From NCBI RefSeq assembly GCF_009914755.1, contig NC_060942.1: a DNA stretch of 64,000 bases, one strand, 5' to 3'. Of the stretch, positions 59,264 through 64,000 are shown in pieces (positions within the stretch are counted from its first letter, which is position 1; each line of letters opens with the position of its first letter). The translations under genes and the position numbers were made by a program. The notes beneath the pieces were generated by a model, which was given only the letters and a program-made list of their open reading frames with translations, was not told where the DNA came from and did no database searches. The DNA comes from the human T2T-CHM13v2.0 reference genome, Homo sapiens.

Positions 59264-60849
59264 GTAACTCATTAATGAATCCATGGATTTGGGGTTCTGA
59301 AACCTTCTTTTGGTTCTTGGAGACCTTTCTCTTGGCTCTCTGTCTCGTTTACATCCATGCTTTCAGTACCAGGGAGAGGACTCCTAGTTCAACAGTGTGT
59401 GGGAATGAAGCAAGCAGCTCTGAGCACACAAATATCATTAAGAGATCTGGTGTTCCCACAGTGACTGCAGCCTTAAAACCGCAATTGTAAGTGTGATGCT
59501 AACATCTTCATTGAGGAACAACTGTGGGTAAAACTTCCCTACATTCACTGTATGGTGTTTAAGTGGTGAAATCACTGCATTATATGAAATAAGTACAATT
59601 ATTCTCATTGAAGGCAGGAGAAAACGGAAGTTCACGAAAGATTATAAAGTGACTCAAAGGCACTGTTTAGTCAGTGGAGAGTCAGTACTTGAACACAGTC
59701 TGTCTGATTGCACAATTGTTCACAGCTGTGACCATGGACTTAATAAACCTCCAAAAGAGGCAGCAGCTTCACTGCTAGTTAGTCTTGACATTTGTGCTTG
59801 AACATTTATTTACCACTTCAGGACCAACACGTCCAAAATTTACACAGTTATCTTTCTTCCACTTTTTCCCTGTGATTTTCGCCAACGTCATCATTGAATT
59901 TTAAGTGATCCAGGCTTTAGACTCTAGTGACTTTTTGGTTTCTTCCTCACTCTTAACAGTTCCTTGCATCTACCTCAAAATGACCAAGGTCACATCAATT
60001 CCTTTCTTTGGAAGTTTTGACCTTTATTACTTTTTTTATTCTCAATTCCCGGTATATTTTCTTTTTTAGTAATGCTTAGAGCCAATCATTTGTTCCACCT
60101 AGTCCTCCTAATTTCAGTCTTAACATTTTTCAATCCGGTCTCTCTAGAATGTACCTCTGATGCTGCCAACTTCTTCCGAAATATTCAGTTTCTCCTATAA
60201 ATAACTCATAAAACTTGAAGTTCTAGATACATTTCCTAACATTAATTCAAGATCCATCTCCTAAGTTTTCTCTTGGAGTCAACAGCCCTGTCAGAACAAA
60301 CTACCTCTCATCACCATAACATATTCCCTATGACACATAAACTGTGTATAACTACCAATTCAATTTTTGAGGATTTACTTTAAAGTAATAAAAGATATTG
60401 ATTATATAGTACTTTTATAATAATTGTTTTTAGGACCTCAGATGTCTAACCAAGGCTGGGAATCTGATGAGAGAGCCACTCTCCATGAAGCTGAAACAGG
60501 GAGATTCACCACCACTTACGTGAGCTGAATGTGAGACTGTCCAGCTCCTTCTCTACTGAAGGGGCTGTGGAAAATGATAAGAGGGACGATGCCTTGCTGT
60601 TGAGCAGAGTGAGGAGTGACAATGTGCGAGAGAATTTTCAGTCAACACTTGTCATTACAGGAGAACTGCACCTCAAATACGTAAGACCCGGATTATCCAA
60701 ATATCTTAAACCATACATTTAAGTGACAAGGGTTACACGGATTATGCATGGGCTGCAATAAATACAACTACTTTCTGCAGGAATATAACTTCATTCTAGG
60801 CCCGAAACAATTCCCCCAAATAATTTTCCAAAGAAAATGAGTTGTTTAC

Positions 60850-63400
60850 AGCAAAAAGTTAATCACAGGCGCATAAGACCTGAGGGAAGAACAGTGAAAA
60901 CGAAGAGAAGAAATGAATCTTGAAAGATTCCAAATAGTAGAACTACCATGCACAGACCATAAAAGAACAATGTTTATCATGTTTTAAGACATTACAAACC
61001 AGACTGAAAATATCTGCAGGGAATAGGAAACTACCAAAAAATACCTCAGTGTTTTTGAAAAATAACTAAATAAATGTAGAAATGAAAATCACAGTAATTG
61101 CAATAAAAAACTCAATAGACAGATTTAATAAGACTATAAAGGATGCACTCAAAGATACCCGAAGAAATTTCCAGTGCATTGCACAGACAGATGAAGAGTG
61201 AGAAAATAAAGGAGAAGTTAAAAGGCAAGACACAGTGAGACACTAATCTTATCAGGTTTCTAGAAAGGGAGCAGAAAATGAAGGGCATGAAATATTTAAA
61301 GAGATAATTATTTAGAGTTTTCAAAACTGTTGAAAAAGAAAAAAATCTATACACTATGCAGAGAAAAAGAGTAACACACTCATGAAAGGAGTGGTAATTA
61401 GGTTGATACCTGATTTCAGTGGCACCCGGGAGACTGGAATGATGTATTCAGCAAGCTGAAAAAAAATGCTCATCCAGACTTCAACATCCAAGAATGAAGC
61501 TGAAGTGAAAACTAGAATTATCTGCCAAAAATCTATTTTCACTAAGGGAATGTCTGAAGTCTCCAGTTCAAGCAGAAGGTAAGTGATATTAGGTCCCCAA
61601 TTTTAGATGCAAAAAGGAATAAAGAATAAGAAATGTGTGGGTAAACAGATGGGCACTCACTGAATCCAATAATAAGAGTAAGGCAAAAATAACAGATAAA
61701 TCATGAGACAGTAATGTAAGATAACATCTTAAGATTCTGTGTTTTTCAAGGGAATAATGACAGCAGATTTTGAGAAGAGAATGTATATGTTGTAGTTTCT
61801 TGAGTAACCACTAATAGGACAGGGGAAAAAGTAATTTAATTCCAAAAATAAATAAAGGCAGACAAATTGCATGAGGAAATTATAATAAGAAGAAGAAAAG
61901 TAGAAACTAAAAAAGAAAAAAAAGAAATAAAACAAAGGAGGAACAAATAGAAAGCATAAAATGTAGGATTGATCTAAACCCAGATATATGAACTAAACAC
62001 AATATTAAGTAACAAAGACCAGAAAACTGGACTAGAACACAAATCTAATAATGTGTTGCTCCTAAGAAACATCTCTAATTTAGGGAAACGTAACTGTTTA
62101 AAATGTTAGGAAAAGAATTATGCAAATTCAAAACCAAAGAGATCTGATATGGCAATTATAGGAATAAAGAAAAACTTCAGGGAAAAAAGCATTACTACAA
62201 ATAACTGAGTTATTTTTAAACTCCAAAAGATTCAACTCTCTGAGAGATACAAGAATTTTAAATGTATATATACCTAATAACATAGGTACAATGTTATCAT
62301 TGCATCAATGAAATATTTCCAGGATTCAAAGAGAAATAAAAATCTACCACCATAGGGACAGAGCTTATCAAAGAAAAAAAAATTTAAAATTATTATTATT
62401 TAGTAAAACAATTATTATAAAAATACTACAAAAACAACTTGTTTGGTGTTGCTAAAGCAGAACTTACAGGGATATTTACAGTTTTAAATCCCTGTGCTAA
62501 AAGGCAAAAATGCTCAACTATTTTGGGCAGCATCTATCTTGGTGATCTATTTTTAATTACTCATGTTGGTATAACTCAGTATTCATGTGTTTAAAGAACG
62601 GAACTCAATCTCTGCTTCACACCACACAGTAAAAATCAAAATCTGAAAAGTAAGCAAATATAGTATTTAGAAGACAACAAAAAAGAATCGCTTTATGATT
62701 TCTATAAGGGAAGATTCATTAAGTCACAATATGAAAAATAAAAGTAATAAACAAATTAAAATTAGGAATTTTCAACCTCCACATGACACCAGAGTGAGAA
62801 TAAAAAGGTAAGCCACACACTGCAAGACCTTATCAACACTTATAGCCTTCATATCACCAATATCTAGAATATATACAGACCTACCATAAATCAGCATACA
62901 AAAGAAAGACAACACAACATAAGACAGGCAAAAGTCCTGGTCAGGTATTTCATACAAGAGGAAATTTGAGCCTCTAAAACGTTTAATACAAGTCATTTAA
63001 TCTTATTAATAATAAACAAAATGCAATTAAAATAACAACGTGTGATCCCATTAAGCAGCCAACAAAACAGAAAAGGATGTAAGACTGACGACATCGAGTT
63101 TCATGTGTATGTGGAACAATGAAAACTCCTGTCCGCTGCTGACACTAGTGGACATTACTGCAACCATATGCAGGACGAATTTTGGCATAGATTTTGGACT
63201 GAGTAGGGTTTGAAAGACTCCTGAGAAAACTATCAGTTGTGGCTGGGAGAACAGGTAAGAAAATCCTACTGGATATAACACAGCTGTGTTATTTAGTGGC
63301 AGAAAGTCTGGCAATACTCCTGGGTAGAAGACAGGAAATATCCACAATAGACTTGTACATTTTACTAATGAGAGTACTCAACAGAATGTTGAAAATGTCA
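60850..63400 (+). mobile_element. Very old, internally deleted L1 (L1M/ME-like): ORF1 to ORF2 3' relics
   Basis: A-rich plus strand; 'gaaatgaaaatcacagtaattgcaataaaaaactcaatagacagatttaa' (ORF1-like) and 'aaaatgcaattaaaataacaa' (ORF2 3'-like). Confidence 0.65.
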
Positions 63401-63493
63401 AATGTCTTCTCTTAGGTGCAGACAGGTACAGATAGAGGTAAGGTACATATAGAGATCAACATAAGAAGAATTTTTAATCAGAATTAGGATCGA

Positions 63494-63560
63494 TCTCTCT
63501 CTCTCTCTCTCTCCCTCTGTCCCCTTCTCTCCCCCTCTCCTCCACCCCTCCCCCTGCAAT
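63494..63560. repeat. (CT)n / C-rich polypyrimidine tract
   Basis: Seen directly. Confidence 0.9.
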
Positions 63561-64000
63561 TCTCTATCTCTCCAGCCTGGAATTGGGGACAAAGATGAAT
63601 TTCAGAGTGCTGAGAGTGAGCTGAGTGTGGCCTTAAGAGGAAGATCAAATCAAACAATTCAAAGGTAAAGCTGTAAAATACTTTGTTACAGCTACACAAA
63701 GGTGTAAAAAAGAAGCACTCATGCAACTTCTCAACTAGGTTTGAAAAATCTTAGATATCCCAAAGCACGCTGGAAAATGCCTGAGGAACTGGACTACTTA
63801 TGTTGTTTGGTAAAACCACAAAATTTCAAAGGCTGTTACACCAGCGTTTATCTAAAGGGACAGAGACCATTCAAAATGAAAAGAAGTCCCTAGCATTCCA
63901 CCTCCTACAGTCAGGAAGAAGGCTGGGAAAGCTCCTGACCTGCAACATGGGCCATTTGGGAGCGGGGGAAAGGGAGGAAGGGTAAATCAGACAGCAGAGC

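Overview
This is primate (human-like) genomic DNA, not prokaryotic. It is AT-rich and about 99% intronic, and lies inside NETO1 (neuropilin and tolloid-like 1, a kainate/NMDA receptor auxiliary subunit) on the minus strand. Four internal coding exons are identifiable with GT-AG sites and continuous reading phase: 41843-41802 (42 nt, CUB1-CUB2 linker), 41683-41556 and 31359-31131 (CUB2), and 3602-3489 (LDLa). The rest is typical repeat content: Alus of J, S and Y age, old and young L1 pieces, L2 and MIR, a cluster of MaLR LTRs, and two near full-length but dead hAT/Charlie DNA transposons side by side. I found no convincing new biological system. The best leads are: (1) a possible 399-nt stop-free circRNA bracketed by inverted Alus; (2) a sense-oriented THE1 LTR with a DUX4-type motif and a splice donor upstream of the LDLa exon; (3) a perfect 26-bp hairpin; (4) a microsatellite that appears to have arisen inside an Alu target-site duplication (TSD). 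The gene identity, exon numbers and repeat subfamily names come from my recall of sequences, not from database searches. Old-repeat boundaries are approximate.
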